Source of the DNA: Epiperipatus broadwayi
Lineage: Eukaryota > Animalia > Onychophora
DNA length: 64,000 bases
NCBI GenBank assembly: GCA_028023455.1
Contig: JAQFVV010000001.1
Coordinates: forward strand, 35,154,001 to 35,218,000
Direction: 5' to 3'
This document shows, piece after piece, positions 47,119-58,949 of the stretch. The number at the start of each line of letters is the position of its first letter. The stretch's first letter is position 1. The translations under genes were made by a program, and so were the position numbers. The notes under the pieces were generated by a model. The model was not told where the DNA came from. It saw nothing but the letters and a program-made list of their open reading frames with translations, and ran no database searches.

Positions 47119-47213
<95 letters not shown>
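47119..47213. repeat. (TAG)n microsatellite, degenerating to (CAG)/(TAA) until ~47360
   Basis: Direct reading. Confidence 0.95.
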
Positions 47214-47214
<1 letters not shown>

Positions 47215-48570
47215 CAGTAGCAGTAACAGTAGCAGTAGCAGCAGCAGTAGTAGTAGAGTAGTGTAGTAGTGGTAATAATAATAATAATAATAAGATTAAG
47301 AATAATAACAGCAGCAGTAGTAATAGCAGTAACAGTATCAGCAGCAGTATCAGTAGTGGCAGCAGGGCATATTGGTATTATTTCCCCTATGATGTACTAC
47401 TCCTGTACTATTTGCATTCAGTAATAATTATTCAAAGTTTCCATTTATGATGTTATGTCATCCAGGAATTCTGGAATGACTAATGCATGTCAAATATATA
47501 CATATTACCAACTTCTCACATATATATATATATATGCCATCAAGTTATGACACATGCTGACCTTTGTTCAGTTCATCATCAAGATCCCCCCACACACACA
47601 CAATATATATCTCGCACATCATTTGTCAATAATATGGTTTTATATTTAAAAATACATTTACAGCTAAAACTCTTTATATTTGTGTTTTTTTGCTAAAACT
47701 TCATATACATATATGTTTAAAAATATTTAAATAGATTTAAATTACAGTTTACCATTTTTAGATAAAGTTAAAACTTTATTTTATAGTTAGCCATGTTCTT
47801 TAAGGTTAAAAATTATAAAGCTAAAAGTTAATGCTACAGTTCACTATTTGAAAAACATTTCAGGGTTCTTTTTCATATTTTTCTTTTTTATAATGAATCA
47901 TTGAAAATAAGATGTGTTTTTTTAGATTTGAAGTTTTGTTTTATATATGTTTAGTGTTTACAATGGCACAAAGTGCTATATTATGCTGGGTTGGGAAGGA
48001 TGACTTCAACATCATGAAATGCTATAAAAAACTCACAACTGCCTGTTTTTATTTAATATCATAATATGTTTTTTTTTCCATAATGAATATATGTCTCCAT
48101 TTTTTTTTTAGATTTGAAGTTTAAAATTGCACTTGGTTTGATATATTACTCTGATGATGAAGTTTGCAATATGTTTAAAATAATTCCACAGGTTCTGCAG
48201 ACAAATTTTATCAATTAACTTTATCTGCACATCCATTAAAAATGTTAATTTAAACATATCACAAACTTAGAATATGTCACCAGAGTAATACATTATAACA
48301 GGAATAATACCAAAGTACTAGCACCAGTAGTAGTAGCAATAGTATCAATGGTAGAAGTAGGAGAAATAGCAGTAATAATAGTAGTAGTAGTCACTAAGTA
48401 GCATTTTTCAAAGTTGACTATAAAATCAGCTCCTGCTTTTGACTAAATTTTTATTAGTTTTTTTTTTAGATATTTGTAATGAAAAGTAAGCTCTTTTGAG
48501 AGCTAAAATAATTATTGACCAAAAGAAAGTATTAGATTTTAAAATGTCTGATATTTTAAATTTTCCATAT

Positions 48571-48666
48571 GTCATAGCATCTGCCGGGACACGAACCCAC
48601 ACCCGTCTGCAACCAACTACTTGCTTGCATGGCGGCAGCAATACCTCTCGGCTAACAACGCAAGAC
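48571..48666 (-). mobile_element. tRNA(Leu-like)-derived SINE head, copy 1
   Basis: A box TAGCCGAGAGG, long variable region, GGTGTGGGTTCGTGTCCC B-box region; ends GTCTTGC..GATGCTATGAC shared with copy 2. Confidence 0.6.
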
Positions 48667-48878
48667 TGATATTTTAAATTGTAATTCAAAAGTTAAAATT
48701 TCTAATGTTAGCTTAGATAAGCAACATTTTTTTCAAGATGTAACAGTATTACAGAAACAATGGAAGAGAACAATAGAGTTCTTTTGTTAAATGTAAAACT
48801 GCTTCCAGCATGATTCTTTTTAGATATCAAATATTTTAAACATTCCAATATAGCTGAAGCTGATTTTTTTTTTTAAGT

Positions 48879-48965
48879 GTCATAGCATCGGCCAGGATGC
48901 GAACTCGGGAAACTGCCTGCAAGTGCAAGGCAGTCACGCCGAGCTCTCGACCACTAATGCAAGAC
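48879..48965 (-). mobile_element. tRNA-derived SINE head, copy 2
   Basis: TGGTCGAGAGC A-box-like and GAGTTCGCATCC B-box-like motifs; same terminal motifs as copy 1. Confidence 0.55.
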
Positions 48966-50150
48966 AGCTTAAACATTTTAAATCTAGTTTTAAAAGATAA
49001 AATTGAACAGGATATTAATGAAATAACTCATGAAAATGTAACAAAAAATTTTCATTTTGATAATCAGAAAAATGCTTATTTATTATCTATAAATAATGCT
49101 GAGTATTTAAATGCATGTGATAAATTTATGATGACAATTCCAACAACTGTAGTCAAACCTTTCAGAAAGTTTAAAAATATTAAAACCTCTATTATAGCAA
49201 TAACAGATATTAATACATTAATTATGAAGTTTCCTACTGATGAGTTTTATACTTATTTATCTAAAAAAAAAAAAAAACTATGGTCAATGATATATAAAAT
49301 CAGAGACCATCCTAATAACATATATTTAGTTATAGAATTTCATAATGTGGCTCAAAAGCACATTTTTGAAAAAGACATTTACTCCCTTAATGGGAAGATT
49401 ATTTGCCATGTAGACTTTGATTTACCAGCTAATCTGGCTAGAAAAAAAAAGAAATTGCCATGTTGATTTTAAGTCTCAAGATTTTCAGATCTTGTTACAC
49501 AGCTATGAATAATGTGTTTAATTTTTGAATATTTATTAGAAGGAAAAGCCATAGTGCCAGTGTTATACAATACAGAAATTTTTACTATTTTAAAAAACAA
49601 AAGTCTTTAAGCAACAGAACATTCCAACATTGCATGCAATAGATTCATCTTCTTCGGTAATCACCTCTAGGGACATTCCACCTCAGTGTTTTTATTGTAA
49701 AATCTGAAATCGTCTTATTAAAAATGTCCCACTTGGTTTTGTAAGCAGTGTAGACTTGAGAATAGCAGAATACATCAATGTGTTAATGAACCTGTAATGA
49801 TTAGTGTGGATAGAGACATTCGATGTAAAGTAACTGGTAAAACAAATCCAGATAGCATTACTTTTTGTGTGCAAGATCAATGCATATAATCTTACACCAG
49901 TAGATAAATCCATAATAAAAACCAATAATCTGTGTAATACTAATGCCAGTTCTAAGGTCTTCCTAGCAGATTTAGACACTGGGAGTATTAGTGATAATTT
50001 GTGATCTTTTTCTGATGAGGAATATCAATCAGCAAAAGCAAACACCAAAATTCAAATACCTAAGAGAAAAAAAATCTAGCTTGGTTCAAGATCTTATTGA
50101 AGCTAATATATCTGTTAAATATAATGAGCTAAACACAAAAAAAGGCTATT
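48966..50150 (+). pseudogene. Isolated ORF1 remnant of the same L1/Tx1-like group (copy V)
   Basis: SIIAITD..LIMKFP....LWSMIYKIRDHPNNIYLVIEF aligns with Z (SLILSITD..LYKFP....FWIIIKQIAEHPNDKYIILEF); a degenerate knuckle PQCFYCK follows; no ORF2 seen. Confidence 0.7.
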
Positions 50151-52364
50151 AAAAACTCACAGGTATATCAGATATCAAAAATATATTTATTAATATAGCA
50201 TAGGATTAATGTTTACATCAATAATTATTTGTTTTTCATATAAGATAGAAATATGTAATTCATATCAGATGTAAAGTTCTAATTATTTCTCATTAAAAAT
50301 AATAAAAACGATTTTGGCACCCACTGTTTAATAATGACCACATATTCTAAATAATATTTAAAATTTACAATTGTGGTAAAATGGCAGATATATAACATCA
50401 TTCCCATATATTTAATAGCATGAATTGAAGCTTTAAAATATCGGAAGATAAAAGTAATGACTAAAACAATATCAAAACTATAGAACAATCTTGATCTTCT
50501 AAAATAGTCAAAGTTTTTGAAAAGGAAAGTAATGATTGGAATAAGTCAATATCATGTTATAAGTACCCAAGTTATGGCATGTTTAACAGATAAAAAAAAA
50601 AGGCAGTTTGAGAAGTTTGTTTTGACAATCACAAAATATAAATCTTTCAGTGGGTGAAAAAAAAGTGCCCAGTTCTATTACATGATCCACGAAAGTCTAA
50701 TTTTTAATGTTCATTATAGACTTCTAACTTTACATCATAGCTTTCATATTAGAAAACAATCAGTTCAACAGACCATAATGTTGTTCTCAGGGAAGTTCAT
50801 AATTAATTGTTTTAATAGATTTTGAAATATTCACGTTTGTGATGATCTCTAAAGTATCTTATTTGAATGGTAATTCTTCATGATGCCTATCATTATTTTT
50901 CAATAAAAATTAATTTCTAATAAACGTTGGTTTAATATTGTTTCTCAACCAACTTTAGTGACTGCAGTCATTACACGAGATGTTTTAAAGCTCAAAATGT
51001 TACTCATTTGATAATGTGGATATCGATGTTTTAATTAATAGACACATTTTAAATTTAGATTAGAATTTTCTTTCACGGGCTTATGAAGTTAACATCAATT
51101 TTTGAGTGATATTTCTTAAAATCGTAAAATATTACATCAGTGTGTATTTCTGCTTCTATGCTATCATAAAATCAAAAATATAATAACACTGACATGCGTT
51201 GCCATTTACTTGTCCAGCTCCTATACACATAAGTATCTATCCATTTTAAGTATATTGTGACAGAATTGCCGGAACCATTTAACAAAATTCTGAGTAATTA
51301 TTATATTATTTTGAATTAGTAATATGAACAAAAAATATTTTGTTTTATTACGCGTATTCAGATATGTGGGTACGGGTATGTTAAGAGCAAAGATTTAGAA
51401 AGTACATGGTCTTTTACTGGGTAATTTAATTGAATTATGAATAATTATTATATTATATGCCTAAATATATTTTGTTTTATTTACGTGTGCTCAAATATAA
51501 GTGTGTGGGTAAGAGAAAATGTGAGGTATAGTATGGAAAAAGTGAAATGGTTCAAACATTTATTTATTTTTTTAAAAAAAGGAATAAATAAAGTTTAAGT
51601 TAATATATTTTTATTACATTGTAGTCTCTTCTTATTGTCTAGACAATCAATTAATATTCTAAAAACTTTTTTTTTCATATTTAATGAACAATGTTTTTTT
51701 GAAAAAGTGTTATGATTTGATTACAATTAAAATAATAAAGATAAAATATTAATTTTTATCTTTAAGTTGAAATTCTTGTTTAAAAATAAGTTAATTATTG
51801 TTTTATTTTTTAAAAAAATATGAAAGATACTACTTTAAAATTACTCTTATAATTGACTTATTAAATTAAAAAAATTAATGCACATTCTTGTGATAGTTGA
51901 TAAGAGAGAAAACAATATGTTTATAAGAAAATTATGAGTAACAATTTATATCTAAAACAATAATAATCGAAGTCTATTTTTAATAACTGAATCATCATAC
52001 AGAAGATGCAAACTTGTTTTATTAATCAACAGTTGTTTATCATTAAGGTAAATGAGATATATAAATTCACATTGTTATATTTTCAATTACAAGTAGATGG
52101 AGCCAAGGACTCCAGTTAACACTGTTTCTGGCTCCCTGTTTCGTTCCCTTTTTCCTAGTTTAGGGAATTAAATTTCTCTAAAACTATCCCTATTAAAAAC
52201 GGGAGTTTCTTAGCTCTCTTTTCATACACAAGCTATATCAACAATGTAATCACAAGTAAGAATAATTTCAACTTTTATAAAAACGCTATGTAAATATATG
52301 GCAACCACTGAAATTACAAAAGATTTCTACAGAGATTTTATCTTCTAATGAAAATTTTCATTTC

Positions 52365-53700
52365 ACTTATTTTTGTTGAATGAATGAGAGAGTCCGGTTG
52401 TTGGGTGGACCCCCAGGTTCCTAAAACCTAGTTCTTTTGAGGGAGGGGGCTGAAATGAGGGCACTGTGGTTATCATTACCAATGTTGGTTTTTCTCATTC
52501 ACAAGATAGAAAATAACATTATTTATGGCGATTCTTTAACGTTATCATCATGAATGATTTTATCCATTTATTGTTGCAAAATAAGTTGCAGTTTGGCATC
52601 ATGATTTTAATTGCAAGTGATTCACCTTAATTAATTTTATTACTTCCAATGTTGTTATTGATAGGGCTGGCCTATTGCTGTTCATGTGATTTTCATGATG
52701 GATTAGAATGGTTTTCAGCAGAGATATTTTGAAGCTTGGATTTTTATTTTCCTTGTTCTCCATAGTTTTTCCATAATTTTTCCAAAGTATTCGGGATTGC
52801 TCTCTTGTGAAGATATTCAAGGCCATTTGAAGGAACTGAACAGTAGATTGATTTAGTCCATATTTTATGTTATCTCCAAATGTTTTCCTATTTATCAACT
52901 TATCTACCGCAAATTGGATTTCACAATATTGAACTTCTAAAACACTTTTCATGTTTAATTTCTAGACTTTACAAATAATTTCTAATTGTACCTTTTAATT
53001 AAAAATTTTCATTACAATCAACTTTGCTGATTGAATGAGAGAGTCTGGTTATTGGGAGGGGCGCCAGAGACCTAAATACTGGTTCTTTTGAGGGGGAAGA
53101 CTAGGATGAAAGTGCTGTGGGGACTGTTGCCAATGTTGATTTTCTTATTGACAAGAAGGAAAAAAAACGCTATTCATAGCGGTTTTAGCATTATTGTTAT
53201 AAACAATTTTATCCAATTATTATTGCAAAGTAAACCACAGTTTGACCTAATGATTTTAATTGCAAGTGATTCACCCTATTTAAATTTATGATTTCCTATG
53301 TTGTTATCTCCAAGTGTTTTTCTATTCTCAACTTATCCATCGCAAATTGGATTTCTCAATATTGTACTCCTAAAATATTACTCATATTTGAACTCTAGAC
53401 TTTACAAATAATTCCTAATTGTAACATTCATTTGTCTTTAATGGTTAATATAACCCTTTCCAAATCCCTTTCCCTTTTCATATGTATCCTTCCCCTTTTA
53501 CCATGTTGTTCCTGAATTTCATTTTTACAATTCTTTGTAAACCTCTTATCTAACTGTATTTGTACCTTTTTTTGATGAAAAACTTTCATCACTGAGAAAA
53601 AGTGTCAAACTTACTCCACTCACAACTTTGTTACCATCTACTCTGGATAAATACATTAATGATTAACACTAACCATTTATTCAACAAAAAATGTATCTAG
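52365..53700 (-). mobile_element. Penelope-like element 3' region (GIY-YIG-like) as a partial tandem duplication
   Basis: Direct repeat at offset 651 (52381 vs 53032; the second copy is internally deleted). ORF 52599-52952 has YCEIQ..DKL..KT and LLKTILIHHENHMN, resembling degenerate PLE GIY-YIG motifs. Confidence 0.55.
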
Positions 53701-53903
53701 TCCAGAAATAAACTTTAAACCTCAGTTAAAAATTATTCATATATTTTTAAAAGAATGGGTAATGGTATAGAGGTTGTTTAATATATTTATAAAGATATTA
53801 CACATGGAACAGAAAATTGTAAATAACTTTATATGTGTTTGGTTAAATTTTTAAAAAAATCTGATTTATTAAAGATACATTAAAAGAAAAATGACCCCCC
53901 CCC

Positions 53904-53943
53904 CCAAGATGCATTTTATGCTGAACTAGCACTTATCAGTTGG
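53904..53943 (-). ncRNA. Degenerate hammerhead motif, family B variant
   Basis: CCAA-CTGATAA-GTGC-TAGTTCA-GCAT-AAAA-TGCA-TC-TTGG; two core G>A changes. Confidence 0.45.
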
Positions 53944-54032
53944 CCAAGTTACTATCTTTCACATAAAATGATAAAAAAATCAAGTCAGATGTCACATGAC
54001 CTAATTTTAATAAAGCTCATATTTACAAATGT

Positions 54033-54073
<41 letters not shown>

Positions 54074-54089
54074 GGAGAGAGAGAGAGAG
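54033..54089. repeat. (TA)n(GA)n microsatellite
   Basis: Direct reading. Confidence 0.95.
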
Positions 54090-54330
54090 CTTAGTTCAGT
54101 CCCATATGGCTATTTGAGTTAGATAGCTGGATTTTTATACATATGAATATCTGAAGATTTCAGATTTTCTTCTCAATAGTTATACTTTAGATAAAGTGCT
54201 GGGATTGTTCTAGTATTTTGAATCTAATGAATATCCTGGCATCTTACTGACGATGCTAGATGCAGAAACCAGTCTGGGGTTGAGGATATTCTCAAAGCTT
54301 GTTAAGAGATTGTTTTGCAAGCTCTATATT
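54090..54330 (+). mobile_element. PLE terminal-repeat fragment related to family C
   Basis: tagataaagtgctggg..gtattttgaatct..cct resembles 58560-58620; cccatatggctattt resembles the reverse complement of ~57855-57870. Confidence 0.5.
54242..54279 (+). ncRNA. Minimal type I hammerhead motif with canonical core
   Basis: TCTTA-CTGACGA-TGC-TAGAT-GCA-GAAA-CCA-GTC-TGGGG; GUC triplet at 54272-54274; stem I weak (G-U rich). Confidence 0.65.
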
Positions 54331-54799
54331 TTATGAATAGTAAATTATTATATTTTAAATTACAAGTGTCAAATTTACTCCAAGCAAGTCAATATCTTTC
54401 ACATATATTTTTATTACATGTACAGTATTTATCAATATAAAGTTGTAAATATTAATTTTTATAAAGTGCAATGTCAGCACATAATACTTAAATAAGACTA
54501 TATAACCTTAGTGATGCACCTTGAGTGCTTAATTTATTACAGACCTCTAAAAATCTAAATGTAAGATTTGAATTTGTAAAGATAAGAGCGGCCCAATCTT
54601 CATCCTATTTTTCTAATTATATAGGCAAATCTAAAGCATTTTGATTTGGGAGTGTGAAGTTAATAAGTTCTTCACTGATTAAGTTCACTATTTCTGTTAA
54701 ACATTAACGATCGCGAAATCTTTCGATTTACAACGAGTTAGTAGTCAGATCTTAAATTTAGAAATATTTTGAATCAATTTAAATTTATTATATTTGAAA

Positions 54800-55060
54800 T
54801 TTTAATTGTCAAACTAACTCCAACAACAACTTTGACATCAACCACTCTGAATAAATACAATAATGATTATCACTAATCATTTATTTAACTAGAAATTGGG
54901 TCTAATCAAGGTGTAAACTTTAAATCACAGTTAAAGATAATTTTTTAAAATTTAACCAAACTCAAGTTGAATAAATGATTGGTGATAATCATTACTCTAG
55001 AGTGGATGGTGTGAAAGTTGCAGTTGGAGTAAGTTTTGCACATGTAATTCAAAATGTAGC
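54800..55060. repeat. Fold-back pair of family D
   Basis: Arms ~54800-54890 / 54960-55050, imperfect. Confidence 0.65.
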
Positions 55061-55197
55061 AATTTAGTATTGATAAGTGCTATATTAAAACATGCAGAGC
55101 TTTCTATACATATTACCACTCAGTGCAAGCCAGAGTAATCAATAGATACTAGAAGGCTTGTGCATAAAATGCCCATCTAGTGCCTATTCATCCAATA

Positions 55198-55238
55198 TCT
55201 GAAGACTAGTTTCTGGCTTGTGGCTTCATCAGTGAGAG
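55198..55238 (-). ncRNA. Hammerhead motif (family A)
   Basis: CTCTCA-CTGATGA-AGC-CACAA-GCCA-GAAA-CTA-GTC; core intact, stems I and II damaged. Confidence 0.55.
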
Positions 55239-55927
55239 CACTGCACCTAGATCTTAGGATACAATGCAACCCTCCAGCAGCCACCTTTTATTTCTACTTA
55301 ACTACAAACCTACAAGTCTTAAATTGAAAACACTATAATATTTTCAATCCAAGCTCATTAGCTTATATAGTCATATAGGTCTGAACTCAGTTCAGTACGT
55401 ATACATTGTCTTTGGTTCTGTAATAACCATAGCCACCACTATCTTATTAGGCAGGATTGGTTTGAAGCCAATAAACCACATGATCACCATTTCTTCTGCT
55501 TGCTTATAACTGTTATTAAAACAGGCAAAACTCTCTATACATATTGCCACTTATGCACAAGCCTTCTGGCATCTATTGATTACTCTGGCTTGCACTGAGT
55601 GGCAATACATATATAGAGTTTTGCCTGGTTTAATAACAGTTATAAGCAAACATAAAAAATGGTGATCATGTGATGTTTATTGGCTTGCAACCAATCCTAC
55701 CTAATAGGATAGTGGTGGTTATGGTTATTAAAGAACCAAAGACACCAAATGTATAGGTACTGAACTGAGTTGCTGATGACTATATAAACTAATGAGCTTG
55801 GATTGAAAACATTATAGTGCTTTCAATTTAAGACTTGTACTTTTGTAGTTAAAAAGAGATAAAAGATGGCTGCTGGAGGGTTGCATTGGATCCTAAGATC
55901 TAAATGCAGTGCTCTCAAATCCAAGGC

Positions 55928-55969
55928 TTTTCACTGATGAAGATCACAAGCCAAAAACCAGTCTGGAGA
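55928..55969 (+). ncRNA. Degenerate hammerhead motif (family A)
   Basis: TTTTCA-CTGATGA-AGATCACAAGCCA-AAAA-CCA-GTC-TGGAGA; G12>A. Confidence 0.5.
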
Positions 55970-56181
55970 TATTGGATGAGTAGCTACTAGATGGGAATTT
56001 TATGTACAAGCCTTCTGGCATCCATTGACTACTCTCGCTTGCACTGAGTAGGTATACATATAGAGAGTTTTGCTTGTTTTAATAACAGTTATAAGAAAGC
56101 ATAAGAAATGATGATCATGTGATGTTAATTAATAAATACTATACATATAATAAAGATATATATAGGAGATGGTGACTTGAG

Positions 56182-56221
56182 CCAACTGATGAATGCTGGT
56201 TTAGCACAAAATGTATCTTGG
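56182..56221 (+). ncRNA. Degenerate hammerhead motif, family B variant
   Basis: CCAA-CTGATGA-ATGC-TGGTTTA-GCAC-AAAA-TGTA-TC-TTGG. Confidence 0.45.
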
Positions 56222-56411
56222 GAATAATTTATCTTTTGTTGTATCTTTATTTATATGATTTGAAAAGAATGTATGATGGTATAGAAGTTGTTTAACATAT
56301 TTATAAATTCACATCTATACTAATTTCATTATATATGCAGAAAAAGATATATGTATATTAATAGCCTCAGCAATATAACATTGTCAAAGACTCAAGGGCA
56401 AAATCATAATA

Positions 56412-57615
56412 CACCTGGGTCTCTTTTTACACGGACTTATTTAACATAATTTTGAAGTTACGCGATTTGTGTTTCACTGGAAGACGACCTCCGACAATGC
56501 GCTATTACTTTAAATAATAAATTTCACACACTTACATTATATTGAAAGTAATAGCACATTATTGGAATTCTACTTTCATCTTAGTAATTTCAATATTTTC
56601 AGTGCTTTATAATAGTAAGATTTTATGCAATAATGAAATTAAAATCATGATTTCCACATTTTATGTATACACACATTAAATTTTACAAGATTATAATGTA
56701 AATTTGTTCAAACATTGTGCGTGTTAATTTTGCATTTTAAATCACATTCTGTTTTTGCTTTTTAAAAAAGAACGTAATCAATTATTAATCATTTAGTGTC
56801 CATAAGTTTATTTTTAAAAGGTCAGTAATAGCAGTGGGCACAATTAAAAATTAAAATCTGATTTTTAATTGTAATTAACAATTTAAAAATTACTTACGGG
56901 TGACTTGAAATTAATGTGATGTAAAACGAAATTTGATTTTTAAACAGAATTGAAAATTAAAGACAAAAATAAGAATTTAATTTTTAGTTGTTAGTTTTAA
57001 TTAATTTTTTCCCAGCAGTGGTGAATAAATGTCTTTTTATTATCATAAGTCTAAGTTCATAAACAATTAATAAAATCATCATCATTATCAACAGAAAACC
57101 ATTAACACAACATGAGAGTGAACTTGGTGCTAGTTGTATTTCCTCTTGTGAGAATAATTGCTGAGATATTCTTGACTTTGTTTAAGGAGAAGCCAAATAC
57201 ATCACATGACATCACATGAGAATCTGATTTTTTACTAGTTTGCAAATGAACGTGTTTTTGGGCAAATAGCAATAATAATTAAAACGTGTATAAAAAAATG
57301 TAAATTACTGTACTGTAAATTATGCATAAAAATGTATTATTTTGAATAAAATTAAATATTATACTTAAAAAAAGTTTGTCTTGTATTAATTTTTTTCCAA
57401 TTTGAAATTTTTTATTAGTCATATTTTATTTCCTTATTTTTTTTTTGTGTGAATTTTAAAGTAATTTTACGTTGGTGCTTTGCTTTTACGAGAATTTTGA
57501 AAAATCACAGACTGCATCCCCCCTTTTTCAATGTAAGTTACGTCTATTTTTGCATGATTTCGTTTGCGCATGTTTTCTGAGGAACCTATCTATCGCGTAA
57601 AACGAGACCCAGGTG
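56412..57615. mobile_element. Non-autonomous Tc1/mariner (pogo/Tigger-like) DNA transposon, 1204 bp
   Basis: 22-bp TIR CACCTGGGTCTC(T/G)TTTTAC(A/G)CG with two mismatches; TA on both sides (56410-56411, 57616-57617); no transposase ORF. Confidence 0.8.
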
Positions 57616-58745
57616 TAATCAATAAAGCAAATGGTATATCACGTGACTAACAAACTCTCATTAATAAGTGCAGCAAGAGAAAGCATTTAAAATCTCTATC
57701 TAGAATTATCCATGTCCTCAGACCGATCAGTTTTGGCTCACCTCAGTGAGGATCTAGGACATTCAGACATTAGATCCAAAATACCAACTCAAAAGTCAGC
57801 ACCTATCTGAATTTTTCCGCCATGTAAATGTCTTCAAATCCCGATATCTACCTTAAATAGCTATATGGGTCTGAAAATACTACAGCCTCTATATTAATAT
57901 CTTTACCAATATAACATCACCAAACCTCAAGGGCAGGGCAAATTTATAATAATCAATAAAGCAAGTCATATATCGCATGACTTGTTTTAACCTTGTATTG
58001 AGCTTATATCATATGACATATGACTTGCTTTAGTGGGAACTTAAGTTAAAGATAAGACACAGCTCTTATCTTTATAAAAGTCATTATCTTGTGTCGAGGT
58101 TTGAAAGGTCCCTCTATCAGCAAATAAAGATATTATTTGACTATATAAACATTCAAGGCACATATGATATAGGTTAAAGTCTGTCTCTAAAGTATTTACA
58201 TATACTTTCTGCCCACTTAATAAATAATTACTACTTTACAGTAGTTTATATATTTTCAGTATAAAGATTGTAATATTAACAGTTTCATGCTCCCAAATAA
58301 AGATGCTTCAGATTGGCCTACATAAGTGAAAAGCCTGATTCTAAAGTATTATAACAATCAATAAAGCAAGTCATATATTGTGTGTCTTGTTTTAAGCTTG
58401 TATTATGCTCCTTATATTACATATTTGTAATACAAGCTTAAAACAAGTCACACAATATATAAATTATTTTATTGATTATTATCATTTTGCCCTTGAGGCT
58501 TTGGTGATGTTATTTTGCTGAGGCTATTAATGTCAGATTTTCTACTTAATAATTATGTATTAGATATGTGCTGGCTTTTGAGTTGGTATTTTGGATTTAG
58601 TGTCTGAATGTCCTAGTTCCTCACTGAGGTGAGCCAAAAGCTTGAAACCGATCAGTCTGAGGATAGAGAATAATTCTAGATAGAGATTTTAAATGCTTTC
58701 TCTTGCTGCACTTATCAATAAGTGCTTGTTAGAGCTATTGGTATG
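57616..58745. mobile_element. PLE terminal-repeat family C as an inverted pair with internal hairpins
   Basis: ~57640-57950 is the reverse complement of ~58470-58735; further hairpins at 57958-58031 and ~58373-58450; hammerhead in both arms, the left one (57716-57751) lacking GCTTGAAA. Confidence 0.65.
58619..58662 (+). ncRNA. Variant-core minimal hammerhead (family C)
   Basis: CCTCA-CTGAGGT-GAGC-CAAAA-GCTT-GAAA-CCGATCA-GTC-TGAGG; perfect 5-bp stem I; GUC at 58655-58657. Confidence 0.7.
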
Positions 58746-58850
58746 CTCCCTATATTACACACACACACACACATATATATATATATGCTTCATTATGCTC
58801 CCTATATTACACACACACACACACATATATATATATATGCTTCATTATTA
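58733..58850. repeat. ~50-bp tandem duplication containing (CA)n(TA)n
   Basis: tatgctccctatattac(ac)n(at)n gcttcat occurs twice. Confidence 0.85.
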
Positions 58851-58949
58851 GCAATTACATATCTTGTCTATATTTATTAACATAAATAAGGGCTTATTAT
58901 CTCTTTAATATAAGTCACTCATACATTTTTTTCATCTTTCCAATGCATA

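Larger units (their letters stand above)
55085..56125 (+). mobile_element. Family A element: inverted monomer + 449-bp monomer + partial repeat
   Basis: Left arm 55085-55550 is the reverse complement of 55600-56075; agccttctggcat at 55560 and 56009; homologous to 2150-2789. Confidence 0.75.

Noticed and set aside
52381-52450. Hammerhead in the GC-richer part of the GIY-YIG tandem (also 53032-53100, 53560-53590)
   Set aside because: No CUGANGA..GAAA..NUH arrangement on either strand.
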